A stretch of 64,000 nucleotides of DNA, from the NCBI GenBank assembly GCA_031411295.1, contig JANOAV010000060.1, forward strand, positions 1 through 64,000, written 5' to 3'. Below, piece by piece: positions 9,009 to 18,483 of the stretch. The notes beneath the pieces are model-generated. The model had not been told where the DNA came from, searched no databases, and saw only the letters and a program-made list of their open reading frames with translations. The stretch is from Verrucomicrobiales bacterium. GTDB taxonomy: Bacteria > Verrucomicrobiota > Verrucomicrobiia > Verrucomicrobiales > V1-33. Position 1 is the stretch's first letter. Every line of letters begins with the position of its first letter. Both the position numbers and the translations under genes were made by a program.

Positions 9009-11207
9009 ATGTTTAACCTCCGCAGCGATTTCTCTCCCCAAGGCGATCAGGCCCAAGCCATCGCCAAGTTGGTGAAATCCATCAACGCTGGCAACAAGCA
9101 CCAGACGTTGCTGGGCGTCACTGGCAGCGGGAAAACATTTACCATGGCCAATGTCATCGCGCAGACCGGATTACCGACGTTGATCATGAGTCATAACAAG
9201 ACGCTGGCGGCCCAACTCTACTCCGAGTTCAAAAGTTTCTTTCCTGACAACGCGGTGGAATATTTCGTCAGTTACTTCGACTACTATCAGCCCGAAGCAT
9301 ACATCCCCCGTTCCGATACCTACATCGAAAAGGATTCCTCCATCAACGAAGACATCGAGCGGCTGCGCTTGAGCACCATGAGCTCCCTGCTGACGCGGAA
9401 GGACGTCATCGTGATCGCCAGCGTTTCGTGCATCTATGGTTTGGGCTCGCCCGATGACTACCAACAAAGCATGTTTCCCGTCCGCGTAGGTATGGAAATG
9501 GCCCGCGAGCATTTCCTAACGCGACTCGTGGAAATGCTCTACGAGCGCAACGATATCGCCTTCCAACGCGGACGATTCCGCGCGCGAGGCGATGTCATTG
9601 AGATCCATCCAGCCAATCTGGAAGATGAAGCCGTGCGCGTGGAATTCTTTGGCGATGAGATTGATCGCATCACGATCATCGAGCCACTCACGGGCAATGT
9701 CGTCCAGAAGATCGACGCCTACACCTTCTATCCGGCCAAGCAGTTCGTCACCAATGCCGAGCGCATGAAACTCGCGCTCAAAGATATCCGCACCGAAATG
9801 GAAGCCCGCGTGGCCGACTTCGAGAAAGACGCCAAATACTTGGAAGCACAGCGCATTCGGCAGCGCACGGAATACGATTTGGAGATGATGCGGGAAATGG
9901 GATTCTGTCAGGGCATCGAGAACTACAGCCGACACCTAACTGGTCGAGCCCCCGGAGCCACGCCTTACACCTTGCTCGATTTCTTTCCGGAAAATTTCCT
10001 CCTCATAGCCGACGAAAGCCATGCCACCATCCCGCAGATCGGCGGCATGTATGAAGGTGATCGCAGTCGCAAGGATACCCTCGTGGGCTACGGCTTCCGC
10101 CTTCCCAGCGCGATGGATAACCGACCGCTGCGCTTCAATGAATTCATGGCGCACACCTACCAGCGACTGTATGTCAGCGCCACCCCCGCCAAGTTTGAAT
10201 TGGAAAACAGCGTGGTGGGAAATGAGGGTTACATCCCCCATCAACGCGACCGCATTGGCGAGGAAGAAAGCACCCCCGCGCGTCTCCCCAGAATTTCCGC
10301 CAGTGCGGAATCCATCGAGAAATTCGACGTCACCACGCCTGGAAAATCACTCATTGCCGAACAAATCATCCGCCCCACCGGCCTGATCGATCCTATCATC
10401 GTCATCCGCCCACTCAAAGGCCAGATCGACGAGACCATCGAACTCTGCCGCCAGCGCGTCGAAATTCAGCAACGCGTGCTCGTGACCACTCTCACCAAAC
10501 GCACCGCCGAAGATCTCACGGACTACCTGCGCGATGTCGGCCTCAAAGTGCGTTACATGCACAGCGACATCGATGCCATCGAACGCGTGGAGATCCTACG
10601 CTCGTTGCGTGCCGGAGAATTCGATATTCTGGTAGGTATCAACCTGTTGCGGGAAGGACTGGATTTGCCGGAAGTTAGTCTTGTCTGCATTTTGGATGCC
10701 GACAAGGAAGGCTACCTGCGAAGCGAAACGAGTTTAATCCAAACCTCCGGCCGAGCCGCCCGTCACGTGAACGGTCAGGTGGTGCTCTTCTGCGACGTCA
10801 TTACCAAGAGTATCCTGGCCCTGCAAAAAATCACCGAGTATCGGCGGAGCAAACAAGTAGAATACAACGAACTCCACGGCATCACCCCCCGCAGCGTCAT
10901 CCGTCCCGTGCAGGAAAGCCTCCAAGGCGGCTTCAAGGACTCCAAATATAACCCCAACGTCCTGCGCGAAGACAGCCCTGACATGGACGTAGCCACGGTG
11001 ATCCACCAACTCGAAGTGGAAATGCAGGAGGCCAGCATCGCCCTCGAATTCGAACGTGCCGCCCTCCTCCGAGATCAAATCAAAGAGCTAAAATCCGGCG
11101 GGGCCATGACTCGCAACTACCAGCTCAAGCCCGGCAATCGCAAACAAGTGAACTACCGGGACCAACTGAAACCCAAGCGGGGCGCTGGGAAAAAATCACG
11201 GAAGTAA
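9009..11207 (+). CDS. uvrB: Excinuclease ABC subunit B
   Basis: PQGDQ..LLGVTGSGKT, HNKTLAAQL, FVSYFDYYQPEAY, DESH, GINLLREGLDLPEV and the C-terminal UVR coil 'FERAALLRDQI'. Confidence 0.98.
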   Translation: MFNLRSDFSPQGDQAQAIAKLVKSINAGNKHQTLLGVTGSGKTFTMANVIAQTGLPTLIMSHNKTLAAQLYSEFKSFFPDNAVEYFVSYFDYYQPEAYIPRSDTYIEKDSSINEDIERLRLSTMSSLLTRKDVIVIASVSCIYGLGSPDDYQQSMFPVRVGMEMAREHFLTRLVEMLYERNDIAFQRGRFRARGDVIEIHPANLEDEAVRVEFFGDEIDRITIIEPLTGNVVQKIDAYTFYPAKQFVTNAERMKLALKDIRTEMEARVADFEKDAKYLEAQRIRQRTEYDLEMMREMGFCQGIENYSRHLTGRAPGATPYTLLDFFPENFLLIADESHATIPQIGGMYEGDRSRKDTLVGYGFRLPSAMDNRPLRFNEFMAHTYQRLYVSATPAKFELENSVVGNEGYIPHQRDRIGEEESTPARLPRISASAESIEKFDVTTPGKSLIAEQIIRPTGLIDPIIVIRPLKGQIDETIELCRQRVEIQQRVLVTTLTKRTAEDLTDYLRDVGLKVRYMHSDIDAIERVEILRSLRAGEFDILVGINLLREGLDLPEVSLVCILDADKEGYLRSETSLIQTSGRAARHVNGQVVLFCDVITKSILALQKITEYRRSKQVEYNELHGITPRSVIRPVQESLQGGFKDSKYNPNVLREDSPDMDVATVIHQLEVEMQEASIALEFERAALLRDQIKELKSGGAMTRNYQLKPGNRKQVNYRDQLKPKRGAGKKSRK

Positions 11208-11347
11208 TCCCAGGAACCCAACCACGAGTCGCCCGCCCGACACTTCAGCCCAATCCTCCGGCTTGAGCAGCTTAAAATTAGCTCAGAGATTATTTAGTTG
11301 ACATCACGCGAGATGGCCGGATGTTCCCGTAGCAACCTCTGCCCCTT

Positions 11348-12313
11348 ATGCCTCGCTTTCGTCTTACACTTATCCATCAGCCCGCTTGCTACCATGTCAT
11401 TTGCCGAATTACTCAAGGTCAGCTTTGGCTTGGGGCGGGCGAGAAAATTGCGCTTTGCGAACTCCTCGAGCGCTTGGCTCCGTATTGCGGTGTGGAGTTG
11501 CTGACTTTCTGTGTGATGAGCAATCACTTCCATTTGCTCCTGCGTGTGCCTGAGAAAGCGGTAGCCGATGCTGCGCTTGATGGCATCGATCTGTGTCGTC
11601 GGGTCGGGCTGCTACATGGGGAGGATTCTGCTGCGGAGCTTGAAAGTCTATGGAAGTCGCGCGCGAATCCTGGTGCGAAACATCAGTGGGAGCAGGAGCG
11701 CGAGATGCATCTGGGACGAATGCACGATCTTTCCATTTTCATGCAGTTACTGAAGCAACGTTTCACCATGTCCCATAATCGGCACCACGGCACACGTGGC
11801 ACCTTGTGGTCGGAGCGGTTTAAGAGCGTGCTGGTGGAATCGAGAGAAGGCGCACGAAACCCACTGCATTTGGTGGCCGCTTATATTGACTTGAATCCGG
11901 TGCGGGCTGGTTTGGTGAAGGATGGCGCAGACTATTTCTACTCAGGGGTAGGCCGGGCCAGACTCGGGGTGCGGCTTTGTCGGCAGGGTTTGATGTCGTT
12001 GGCAGGGAGCAGCGATTGGACTAAAGCCAAGGCGTGGTATCGACAGTTCTTGGGCGGAAATCCAGCCGCAGCTGATCCTGCACCACACAAGAATCGATCA
12101 CCACGCAAGTCGCCCCAGGCCCACCCGGCAGCTGATGAGTTGCGCAAGCGGCAGATGGCCTTGGTGAAGGGTTTGGTCGTTGGATCCGCAGCCTTTGTGA
12201 TGGGCGTCCTCCAAGGAATGTCCGATCTCAAACGTGGATTTCGCCCCCAGGCCTATGCCTCAGGCGGGCTGGGCGGTGATATTTGGGTGGGGCGGAAATT
12301 TCATCGCACATGA
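11348..12313 (+). mobile_element. REP-associated tyrosine transposase (RAYT; IS200-like Y1 HUH family)
   Basis: 'YHVICR', HUH motif 'CVMSNHFHLLL', 'GTLWSERFKSVLVE' and catalytic Tyr motif 'AYIDLNPVRAGLV'. Confidence 0.88.
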
Positions 12314-12322
12314 TGTGAGGTC

Positions 12323-13657
12323 CTATTTGCGCAGGGTGAGAAACGCCAGCCACACGCGTGGTTCTGGAGTTGCCCCGGGCGCACCCGAGTCCTGTGGGTG
12401 GTTCAGAGTGCCGATGAGCAACGGATGGTTGGGCTGCACGCGCACGGTGGTGTTGATTTTTTGCACACCGAAGCTTGGCTGCATGAGATCCTGATCCCGT
12501 TCCATGGAGAGCAGGCGGCCTTTTTCTGCGGCCACGGTTACGCTCACACTGCCGTCTGGGTAGCTGTAGTTTTCAAGTTCCAAGGTGTTACCCAAGTTGC
12601 GCACCGTGAAGGTCGTGCCCACGGCCGGGATGGTGAGGCTGCTGCCGGCATTGGGGGCTGGCAGGGGATGCTGGCCGCTATCCCGCTTGAGGAGTTGTTC
12701 TTTTAGCGCAGGATCCGTGATGGTTAGCTGTGTCACGGTTTGACCTGGATCAAAGTCTGTTGGGTAGGGGAATTCATCGATATGCTCCACTTTGCCTCTT
12801 TGGCTATCGTTCGCCTGGATGATTTGCAATGTTCCCAGTTTGCCAACTTTCGCGCTGATCAGTCCATTTAGTTTGCCATAGAGTTCGGTGTTATCAGGGG
12901 TGGTTTGGATCAGCATAAGGGCGGTCGCTTGGGGCAGCGAGATGACTTCATACTGACAACGAAACGTTCGGCGTTCAGGCCGCTCTGAATTTACCGCCGG
13001 AAAGCGCTGCACCGTTGGCGTAACAAAAGCCAGCGCGACCGTATCGGCTTGAGCCGGGTTGGCTGGTTCCGCTGCCAGCTGGCCCAGGAGGCTGGGTTGG
13101 TTTGGGATGGTTGGGAGGATTCGCAAAATCTCCGCCTTGAAAAAGGTTGGTTTGCCCTCCTGCACAGGCCCCAAGCGTGTGGTCGTGCTGGTGATTTTTA
13201 GGACTAGACTGTCGCCTTCCTCAGACACCTCGGGGGAAAAGGTCAGCACTTCGCCCAAGGTTTCCGTCGTGAAGCGCCGTTCCTTGTCTTGGTGGGGAAA
13301 CTCCACGGCTTGTCGCACCGTAGCCCACTCTCCCCACATCGTTCGCAGCAGGATCATTTTGTCCGCCACGGTGGAACCTGCTTGCACCGATTGCTGCAGT
13401 GCAGCGTAAAGGTCAGTATCCTTCGGTTGGGATTTTCGCAAGGTCTCGGCTGCCGTCTTGGGCAGTCGGAAAACTTCATAACGCAGCAGCACTTGCGAGT
13501 CCGTTTCAGATTCAGGTTTAGTTTCCTCCGCTGGGGGACTTGGAGCTGATTGCGTGCCTGACCAAAGCGTGGGAGCAGGATCCGCCCGCCGCACTGGTTT
13601 GGCTTGCAGAGCGACCAGCAGGCAGGACGTGAGGAGCAGGAAATAGAATCGAAACAT
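12323..13657 (-). CDS. Secreted protein with two secretin-like modules
   Basis: Signal peptide MFRFYFLLLTSCLLVALQA (alternative TTG start at 13690). Module motifs 'QVLLRYEVF', 'SQRGKVEHIDEFPYPTDFDP', 'FTVRNLGNTLELE', 'QPSFGVQKINTTVRV..PLLIGTL', 'WLAFLTL'. Confidence 0.75.
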   Translation of the reverse strand: MFRFYFLLLTSCLLVALQAKPVRRADPAPTLWSGTQSAPSPPAEETKPESETDSQVLLRYEVFRLPKTAAETLRKSQPKDTDLYAALQQSVQAGSTVADKMILLRTMWGEWATVRQAVEFPHQDKERRFTTETLGEVLTFSPEVSEEGDSLVLKITSTTTRLGPVQEGKPTFFKAEILRILPTIPNQPSLLGQLAAEPANPAQADTVALAFVTPTVQRFPAVNSERPERRTFRCQYEVISLPQATALMLIQTTPDNTELYGKLNGLISAKVGKLGTLQIIQANDSQRGKVEHIDEFPYPTDFDPGQTVTQLTITDPALKEQLLKRDSGQHPLPAPNAGSSLTIPAVGTTFTVRNLGNTLELENYSYPDGSVSVTVAAEKGRLLSMERDQDLMQPSFGVQKINTTVRVQPNHPLLIGTLNHPQDSGAPGATPEPRVWLAFLTLRK

Positions 13658-13686
13658 AATGTTAGAGTGGTGAAGGTTTACAGGGA

Positions 13687-16600
13687 TCAATCCAGCGTGG
13701 CTGTGATGAAGGCGAGCCAGACGCGATCAGTTTGATTGCCGCCCGGGGCTCCGGTGCGCACGGGTTTACTCATGGTGCCCAACAGACACGGTTGGCCGAT
13801 GCTGGTGGTGATGCTGGTATTTAGTTTTTGGGTTTCGAAGATCGGTTGAATGGCTTCCCAATACTTCACCTCGCTCACTAGCCGATTACTTTCCGGGGCA
13901 ATCGTCAGGTCCACTGTGGCATAGTCCTCACCCAGCACGGGATCAAATTCGACGGTCTCGCCCACGTTCCGAATCGTCCATGTCGTGGGAGACAAGCCGG
14001 TGATAAAACCGAAGCCTGAAGTCGGCGGGCCGAGCGGCGGACGATTCTTGGCCTCCTGTGACGGGGCTCCGCCTTGGCGCAGAATGTCCACCAACTGCGG
14101 GTCTGCAATGGTAAGCGTCTGGGGAATTTGCGGTGGATCAAAGTCGGTGGGATACGGTGTCTCAGCGATTTGTTCCACCTTGGCACGCAGTCCGCTCATA
14201 GTGCGCAGACTCAGCAGCTTTTCCAGTTGTGCGGTATTGGCTGCGATCATGGGGAGGAGCCGCTGGTGGATGGCGGGGTCGTCCAACGGTTCGTCGAATA
14301 AGGCCGCCGCATCGGCTTGAGTTAGGGAAATTAACTCGAATTGCAACCGCATGGAGCATCCATCCGTGGGGGATGGAGGAAAATCTGGTTGGGCGGCAAC
14401 TCGGACCGGTTGGCTGGTTCCCGGAGCCGCAAAAGGATCCTCCTCGACTCGGGGGGCATATCGCATCAGCCCACTGGAAAGCGGAGCGGGCTTGGGAGCA
14501 GTCGCATTTAACGCTGGAGGGATTTTCGTCACAGTGGCGGTGAGAAAGGAGACGGTCGCGTTGTCATCCGTATTGTCCTCCACGCGTCCGGTGTGGTCGG
14601 CCTTGCTGCAAGTGCCCGCCAGAATGGGTTGGCCGGAGATCGCTGTTAGGGAGGCATAGATTTTGCTGGTTTGAAACTGAGGTTGGATGATGCCGGTATA
14701 ATCCAAATCCCCCACGAAGCGCACCCGCTCGGCCCCGTGGGTGATGCCGATTGTTTTTCCATCCTCAAAGATCACGGGATCGATCTCCCACGTATCTCCC
14801 AGATTGCGGACGGTAAATGTGGTGCCGGTCACGGTGTTTTGCAGACCGATACCGCCATTCAACGGACTCCCCGGGCGCTTGGCTGGGGCGGGTTCGGCTA
14901 TGGCGGCAGGTGGTGTCAGTGGTTGCTTCATGGCAGTCGCCAGCGCAGTCGGATCCACAATCGTTAGAGTTTGCGGGACCTGACCTGGATCGAAATCCGT
15001 GGGATAGGGAAATTCATCGAGGTGTTCCACCTTGGCGCGCTGACCGCTTTTCGTTCGCACCAACATAAAGCGATCCAAGGTGGCAGTCTTTTTCACGACT
15101 CGCTGCTGGATTTCCTTTCGCATCTCCCCATCGCTCAGTCCAGCGACCATGAGCAAGCGCAGGTCCTCTTTGGGAAGCGTGAACCATTCGTCGCGCAGCA
15201 ATACCTGATTAGACTCATAGCGTGACGCCAAGGCTGGATCCTCCGGTTGCGTAGGCGCTACCGCCGTGAGGAATCCCAGCCAAATGCGTTCCTCCGTATT
15301 GCCATGATCCGCCCCGGTGTTCACTGGAGGACTCATGGTGCCAACCAGCAGGGGCCGATTGAAAGCGAGAGTGACAGAAGTGCTCAGGCGCTGGGTTTCG
15401 AAAATGGGCTGCTGGCAGTCTTCCTGAGACCGGATCGTTAGCAGGCGAACGCGTTCGGGAGCCATCACCACGTGGACGCTCCGACCATCGTCGGCTAAGG
15501 CGGAATCCACTTCGATGGCGTCGCCCACGTTGCGAGTGGTAAAGTTGGTCGGGATCATCCGAGTCATGATGCCGAAGCCACCATTGGCTGGATCCAGCGG
15601 TTTATCAGGCGCGGGAGCCACGCGACCACCTTCCTGATAGAAGATATCCAACAGCCACTGGTTCGCGATGGTGAGCGTTTGAATCAACTGCGGCGGATCA
15701 AAGTCAGTCGGGTAGCTCAGCAGATCCACCGCCTCCGATTTGATGCGGTCCCCAAATAATCCGCGCACGGACTGCAACCCTTCCAGCTTGGCAGAGTTTG
15801 CTTTGATCATGGTGCGCAGCTTGGCGTGCAACGCAGCACTATCCGGAATTTCATCGAGGAGGCTCGAAGCCGTCGCTTTAGGCACGGAAATGACTTCCCA
15901 TTGATAACGCACCGCTTCCGTGGGGTCGACCACGAACTCGCCTTGCGGTGGCGTGTCTATGGTAGCGGTAATGAAAGCGAGGGAGAGTTCATCCGCCTGA
16001 TTAGCATTCACGGTGCCCGTCTGGTAATTCTTCGACAGGGTGCCGAGGAAACAAGGCGCCCCGGAGGCAACGTTCACGCTGGTGTTGAGTTTTTGCGTTT
16101 CAAATTGCGACTGCTCCTCGCTGTTCTCGCGAAACAAGCCAGCCAGTTGCACGGACTCCGTGGTAATGTTGAGGACAATGCGCTGATGCGCCCAATCCAC
16201 GACCGGATCCACCTCCATCGTTTCCCCCAGATTCCGCACGGTAAACGAGGTTGGCGTAATCGTGCCCATGAGGCCGAAACCGCCATTGTTCGCTGGCACA
16301 GGCTGCGGCAGGCGCAACGGGCCGACGAAGGGAGCGGGACTGGGAGCGGCAGGCAGCCCGAGCGCGCGAGGATTGATAAGGGTTAGCGTTTGGGGGAGTT
16401 GCTCCGGATCGAAATCCGTGGCGTAGGGGTATTCATCAATTTGCTCCACTTTGGCACGCTGGCCACTTTGCGTGCGCAGCAGCAGCAAATTCACCAAGCG
16501 AGCGGACTTGGCCGTGACCATTTTGCGCAATTCCGCATACAGCGCGGCATCCTTCATGCCAGCCAGCAACAAGGCTTGCGCGGCTCGCTTCGGCAGGCGG

Positions 16601-16722
16601 AACGTTTCCTGTTTGATGAGCACTTGCGTCGTAGGCCTTGGTGAAGGCTCTGCAGCAGTGGCGGAATGCGCACCCGCCAGACCCAGCAAACTCAGGAACA
16701 GGAGTAAAGAAAGTTTTATCAA
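13687..16722 (-). CDS. Secreted protein with four tandem secretin-like modules
   Basis: Signal peptide, then four repeats of roughly 230 aa. Consensus: R-T-x-SG-x-RAKVE..PYPTDFDP..F/WTxRN(L/V)G..E.DP...Q(P)xFETQKL.TS...P.L.GT.S...AFITA. Confidence 0.8.
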   Translation of the reverse strand: MIKLSLLLFLSLLGLAGAHSATAAEPSPRPTTQVLIKQETFRLPKRAAQALLLAGMKDAALYAELRKMVTAKSARLVNLLLLRTQSGQRAKVEQIDEYPYATDFDPEQLPQTLTLINPRALGLPAAPSPAPFVGPLRLPQPVPANNGGFGLMGTITPTSFTVRNLGETMEVDPVVDWAHQRIVLNITTESVQLAGLFRENSEEQSQFETQKLNTSVNVASGAPCFLGTLSKNYQTGTVNANQADELSLAFITATIDTPPQGEFVVDPTEAVRYQWEVISVPKATASSLLDEIPDSAALHAKLRTMIKANSAKLEGLQSVRGLFGDRIKSEAVDLLSYPTDFDPPQLIQTLTIANQWLLDIFYQEGGRVAPAPDKPLDPANGGFGIMTRMIPTNFTTRNVGDAIEVDSALADDGRSVHVVMAPERVRLLTIRSQEDCQQPIFETQRLSTSVTLAFNRPLLVGTMSPPVNTGADHGNTEERIWLGFLTAVAPTQPEDPALASRYESNQVLLRDEWFTLPKEDLRLLMVAGLSDGEMRKEIQQRVVKKTATLDRFMLVRTKSGQRAKVEHLDEFPYPTDFDPGQVPQTLTIVDPTALATAMKQPLTPPAAIAEPAPAKRPGSPLNGGIGLQNTVTGTTFTVRNLGDTWEIDPVIFEDGKTIGITHGAERVRFVGDLDYTGIIQPQFQTSKIYASLTAISGQPILAGTCSKADHTGRVEDNTDDNATVSFLTATVTKIPPALNATAPKPAPLSSGLMRYAPRVEEDPFAAPGTSQPVRVAAQPDFPPSPTDGCSMRLQFELISLTQADAAALFDEPLDDPAIHQRLLPMIAANTAQLEKLLSLRTMSGLRAKVEQIAETPYPTDFDPPQIPQTLTIADPQLVDILRQGGAPSQEAKNRPPLGPPTSGFGFITGLSPTTWTIRNVGETVEFDPVLGEDYATVDLTIAPESNRLVSEVKYWEAIQPIFETQKLNTSITTSIGQPCLLGTMSKPVRTGAPGGNQTDRVWLAFITATLD

Positions 16723-16742
16723 TTGAATTGGTTGGCGAGAGA

Positions 16743-18350
16743 TTATTCCACGAAGCCGGTCAGGAAGGCGAGCGCGACGGTGTCCGTGGCATTGCCGCCG
16801 GGCGCACCAGTTTGAGAGGGAGGACTCAAGGTGCCTAACAGCAATGGGACTTTCGCTTGAAGCATTACGGACGTGTTCAGTTCTCGTTTGGCAAACACCG
16901 GTTTTTCATCGCTCCCCAGAGTGCGTTGCCCCAAGTGTTGCTCCATGGTGGCGCGGATGGTGGCAATCATTGTGATGCCATCCGAGCTCAGAATGGAGTT
17001 CAGTTCCAGGAGCGTCCCCAAGGTTCGTTTCGTGGTCTGTTCCGGCCGGGTTACCGTGATCATTTCCTGAGCAATGCCCGCCGCTTCCTCTGCCGTGCCG
17101 CCCCCATGCAGGCGCAGCAAGTCCAGGATTTTGGGATCGGAAACCGTGAGGGCTGATGGCATGTGATACTGACTGAAATCCGTAAAGTAAGTGAGCGGGG
17201 GAGTCAATTCCGTGCTTTTCTTGGGCACGCCGCTGCGGGTGCTGAACTGCAGAGACGCCTCCCGCTGAGCCGTGTGCGCCCGCACCATTTCCTGCAATTG
17301 CGTGAGCAGGGCTGGATCGGTGGGATGCGATAAGCAGAGGGCATGGGCGGTGTCCTTGGGCAGGGAAATGACCTCGAACTGAAAGCGCAGCGACTTCTGG
17401 TCGATTTGCTCCTGGTTTAGCACCTGGGGGAAAGAGGGCGGCTGTGGGGCCGGTGGTGCCGCGAAAGGATCATTCGCTGGAGGCTTGGGCGGGACGTCCA
17501 ATTTGGGCAACGCGGGCGCGAAGGCCGTGAGAAACTGCAGGGTGATGACATCTTCTTGCTGGCTATGCTCGACACCACTGCGGACGGCCTTGCTGCAAGT
17601 GCCCACAAGCACTGCTTGATCAAGCTTTCCCAAGGTGGTGCCGTGGAGTCGCTGGGTTTGGAAATTTGGCTGTGCAGCACCGTTGTAGGAAACATCCCCC
17701 AGCCAGCGGGTGCTCTCCGTTTTCCAGTTCAGGGTCGTCAACTTCCCATTGGGCCGGACACTTGCGTCCACTTCCCAAGTGTCGCCCAGAGATTTAAACG
17801 CCAGTTCGCTGGGGCACACCGAGGTTTGCAGTCCGATGCCAACCTTCACAGGTTTTCCAGTGTGGGGCTTCGGTTTGATCTCGGGTGCAGGCGCAGGTGG
17901 AGGTGGTGGCGGAAGTGGCGGATCAGTTGGGAGCGGTTCTGGTGGCGGTGGCACGGGCGCTGGAGGCGGAATGAAGGATCGCACCGCCTCCAAGGCCGAC
18001 GCACCAGCCGGGTCAGCGAAAGTTAGGTCTCCGGCCATCTGGGCTGGTTCAAAATCCTTCGCATACGGCAATTCCTCATTTCCAGCGAGCTTGATGGGCC
18101 GACCGCTCAAACCACGCAAACTCAAGCCCCGCATGATGACGAATTGATCCAGTGTGGCGCTCTTGGCGGACACCCGTTTGAGAATTTCCTCATGCAGCGC
18201 CTGATCGCTCAGGCCCGCCAGCAGCAAGTCATGCGCCTCCGCCTGGGCCAGGGAAAAACGCTCTGCGTGGAGGATAATGGAGCCGGGAATTTCCTCTGCC
18301 AGCAGCGGGGTGATGAAGAGCCAGAGACAGAGCAGAGGAAAGGATTTCAT
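16743..18350 (-). CDS. Secreted protein with two divergent secretin-like modules
   Basis: Probable start MKSFPLLCLWLFITPLLA (ATG 18350). Motifs 'LPYAKDFEP', 'LGDTWEVD', 'QPNFQTQRL', 'LRFQFEVISLPK', 'KPVFAKRELNTSV..LLLGTLS..LAFLTGFVE'. Confidence 0.75.
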   Translation of the reverse strand: MKSFPLLCLWLFITPLLAEEIPGSIILHAERFSLAQAEAHDLLLAGLSDQALHEEILKRVSAKSATLDQFVIMRGLSLRGLSGRPIKLAGNEELPYAKDFEPAQMAGDLTFADPAGASALEAVRSFIPPPAPVPPPPEPLPTDPPLPPPPPPAPAPEIKPKPHTGKPVKVGIGLQTSVCPSELAFKSLGDTWEVDASVRPNGKLTTLNWKTESTRWLGDVSYNGAAQPNFQTQRLHGTTLGKLDQAVLVGTCSKAVRSGVEHSQQEDVITLQFLTAFAPALPKLDVPPKPPANDPFAAPPAPQPPSFPQVLNQEQIDQKSLRFQFEVISLPKDTAHALCLSHPTDPALLTQLQEMVRAHTAQREASLQFSTRSGVPKKSTELTPPLTYFTDFSQYHMPSALTVSDPKILDLLRLHGGGTAEEAAGIAQEMITVTRPEQTTKRTLGTLLELNSILSSDGITMIATIRATMEQHLGQRTLGSDEKPVFAKRELNTSVMLQAKVPLLLGTLSPPSQTGAPGGNATDTVALAFLTGFVE

Positions 18351-18483
18351 AATTGAAAAGTGTGAGACGAAACGGGTCATGATTTTATTCAAGTAAAGCT
18401 GGAAAATACCGAGGTCCGTCGTCCGAATCCCACTGGCCGATGCGGGCCAGCGGGCCATAGTCATAGCGGTCCCCATTTGACGC

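Noticed and set aside
10212..10352. Intein in UvrB
   Set aside because: Too short, and it lacks the Cys/Ser start and His-Asn end motifs.
17890..17970. GGT/GGC-rich tandem repeat as a DNA-level element
   Set aside because: It is explained by a poly-proline linker in the minus-strand secretin-like protein.
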